A stretch of DNA of 64,000 nt from Octopus vulgaris (taxonomy: Eukaryota), in assembly GCA_951406725.2 (NCBI GenBank), contig OX597815.1, forward strand, positions 2,914,001-2,978,000, given 5' to 3'. Below are positions 61,896-64,000 of the stretch, one piece after another (position 1 is the first letter of the stretch; the number at the start of each line of letters is the position of its first letter). Made by a program: the position numbers and the translations under genes. The notes below the pieces were generated by a model. It ran no database searches. It was given only the letters and a program-made list of their open reading frames with translations, and had not been told where the DNA came from.

Positions 61896-63383
61896 GAAAA
61901 GAGATGGTGCAAATTGCTTTAATGTGTATTTTGTCACTAAACAAGACTTTAACCCTTTCGTTAGCATATTTCTGTCGAAAGTGAAGAATTTAGTAAAACA
62001 AGCTTTGCCGTTATCAATTTGGCGGCGCCTTAGCACACTGGACGAAATGTTCTGCAGTATTTCGCCCATCGTTCCATTCTGAGTTCAAAATCCGCCGAGG
62101 TTGACTTTGCCTTTCATCCTTTTGGGGTCGATAAATTAAGTACCAGTTACGTACTGGTACCCTTTACAGCTGGGTGCCCTTCCTAACACCAACCACATTG
62201 CAGAGTGGACTGAGTGCTTTTTATGTAGCAATCGAATTCGATGACTGGCGTCCGTGCTAGCTGGGTGCAAAGGGCACCATACAAGTGTGATCGTTGCCAG
62301 AGCGGATAACTGGCTTCCATGCCAGTGGCATGTAAAAGGCACCATTCGAGCGTGATCGTTACCAGCGTCGCCTTACTGGCACCTGTGCTGGTGGCATGTG
62401 GGAAAGATTCGAGTGAGATTGTTGCCAGTACCGCCTGACTTGCCTTGTGCCTGTGGAACATAAAAGCATCCACTACACTTTCGGAGTGGTTGGCATTAGG
62501 AAGGGCATCCAGCTGTAGAAACTCTGCCAAATCAAGATTGGAGCCTGGTGCGGCCGTCTGGTTCACCAGCCCTCAGTCATTCGTCCAACCCATGCTAGCA
62601 TGGAAAGCGGACGTTAAACAATGATGATGACTTACACTGGCAAGGCCTGTTTTCCCATGGATTCTACAGCTGGATGCCCTTCCAGATGCCAACCACTTTA
62701 CATTGTGGACCAGATGTTTTTTATGTGGCACCAGCACTGGCAGCATAAAGACAACTCCCTCACTTCTGTAGCCCTACTTAGGCAAGGGAGACCTTACTCT
62801 TGCTGGTTGCTGTTGAGCGTAGTGGTCTTTGTCCAGTGGGAGAAGTCTGAAACATGGTCCTTTGCTATTCGTAAGACCCGTAGAAGAGAGAAAGCAGGTC
62901 AACCCCTGACACCGAGAGCATCGACGGATGGATGAATGCGCATTCAGGCTCAGCGGTTGCATAGGAAGTCAGGTACAAGAAACAGGAAGAAAGAGTGAGA
63001 GAAAGTTGGGGCAAAAGAGTACAACAGGGGTCACCACCACCCCCTGCCAGAGCCTCGTGGAGCTTTAGGTGTTTTCACTCAATAAACACACACAACGCCC
63101 GGTCTGGGAATTGAAACCGCGATCCTCTGACCGTGAGTCCGCTGCCCTAACCACTGGACCATTGCGCCTCCACTACTCTTGCTGGCTGTTGCATGGTGCC
63201 CTAACCAATGCTGGTGCCAATCCACTCTGTAAAGGAATTGGTGTTTGGAAGGGCATCGAGCCATAGGAACCTGGGCAAAGATAAGCATTAGAAGACAATG
63301 TAGTCTTCAGACTTGTTGGATCCTGTCAAATTGTCAAATTCTTGCCAGAATGGAAAATGGACATTAAAAATGATCAAGGTGTT

Positions 63384-63415
<32 letters not shown>

Positions 63416-63499
63416 ATGCACTAATTAGTCTTCATATACAAAACCAATGTCAGTGCTAAATATGCTGTCTTCGAGATGTGTTCACATTAATGTGTGTAT

Positions 63500-63535
<36 letters not shown>

Positions 63536-63679
63536 TGCTGAAGCAATAACTCATCTCTAATGTAGACATGTAATTACCTCAAACTCATTCGTTAACTAAT
63601 TAGTGTCCAGTTCATGCTTGCCAGGGTAGAAACAAGCTTAGTTGACACCACTTCGACATCTTAATCCTCTTTTACTGGT

Positions 63680-63925
63680 GGAATTGGTGTGGGTGTGGAT
63701 TTATATGGGGTATATATGTGTGGGTATATGTTTGGCTGTATGTGTATGTGTGTTGATGTATGTGTGTTTATTTGTGTTGGTACGATGTATGGGTGGAATA
63801 TGTTTTTGTATGTGTTTGTGTATGTGTGGATATCATATATGGGTGTATGTGTGTTTCTGTATGTGTGTTGTATGGAATGTCTCCATCTAACCCTGTGTGT
63901 GGGTGTGTGTGTATGTGTGATGTGT
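63680..63925. repeat. Degenerate (TG/TA)n low-complexity region
   Basis: Seen directly. Confidence 0.8.
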
Positions 63926-64000
63926 TGGTTATCATCCTCAGACCTCTCCAGACTCAGTACACCAATCATTAAAACAATCTCACCATGACCATCTTGTTGG

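Noticed and set aside
63860-63910. Possible next HLCS exon (GMSPSNPVC resembles N..SNPT.C)
   Set aside because: No acceptor, no GxGxN motif, and embedded in TG low-complexity sequence.

Overview
Repeat-dense animal genomic DNA, most likely an octopus (inferred from the tRNA-derived SINE families, RTE/CR1/Tx1/R4/Penelope LINE debris and microsatellite load). The one clearly supported protein-coding gene is holocarboxylase synthetase (HLCS, biotin-protein ligase) on the + strand. It has nine coding exons between 24925 and 56137 that join in frame through GT-AG introns (about 712 codons, including the GKGRGGNQW and KWPND motifs). The remaining 3' exons appear to lie beyond the window, and a non-coding first exon probably lies near 8.5-11.5 kb. 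The rest is SINEs, LINE fragments, non-autonomous Helitron, piggyBac and hAT elements, and simple repeats. The most notable unexplained items are: (1) a 240-bp intronic palindrome at 52089-52328 whose two arms each carry a type I hammerhead ribozyme motif; (2) three repeat-poor, CpG-retaining, motif-dense islands in the 3' introns of HLCS; (3) a 1.5-kb higher-order CT minisatellite abutting the first coding exon; (4) an HLCS with the long N-terminal extension and upstream ORFs. All homology calls are from memory of the families, not from database searches.
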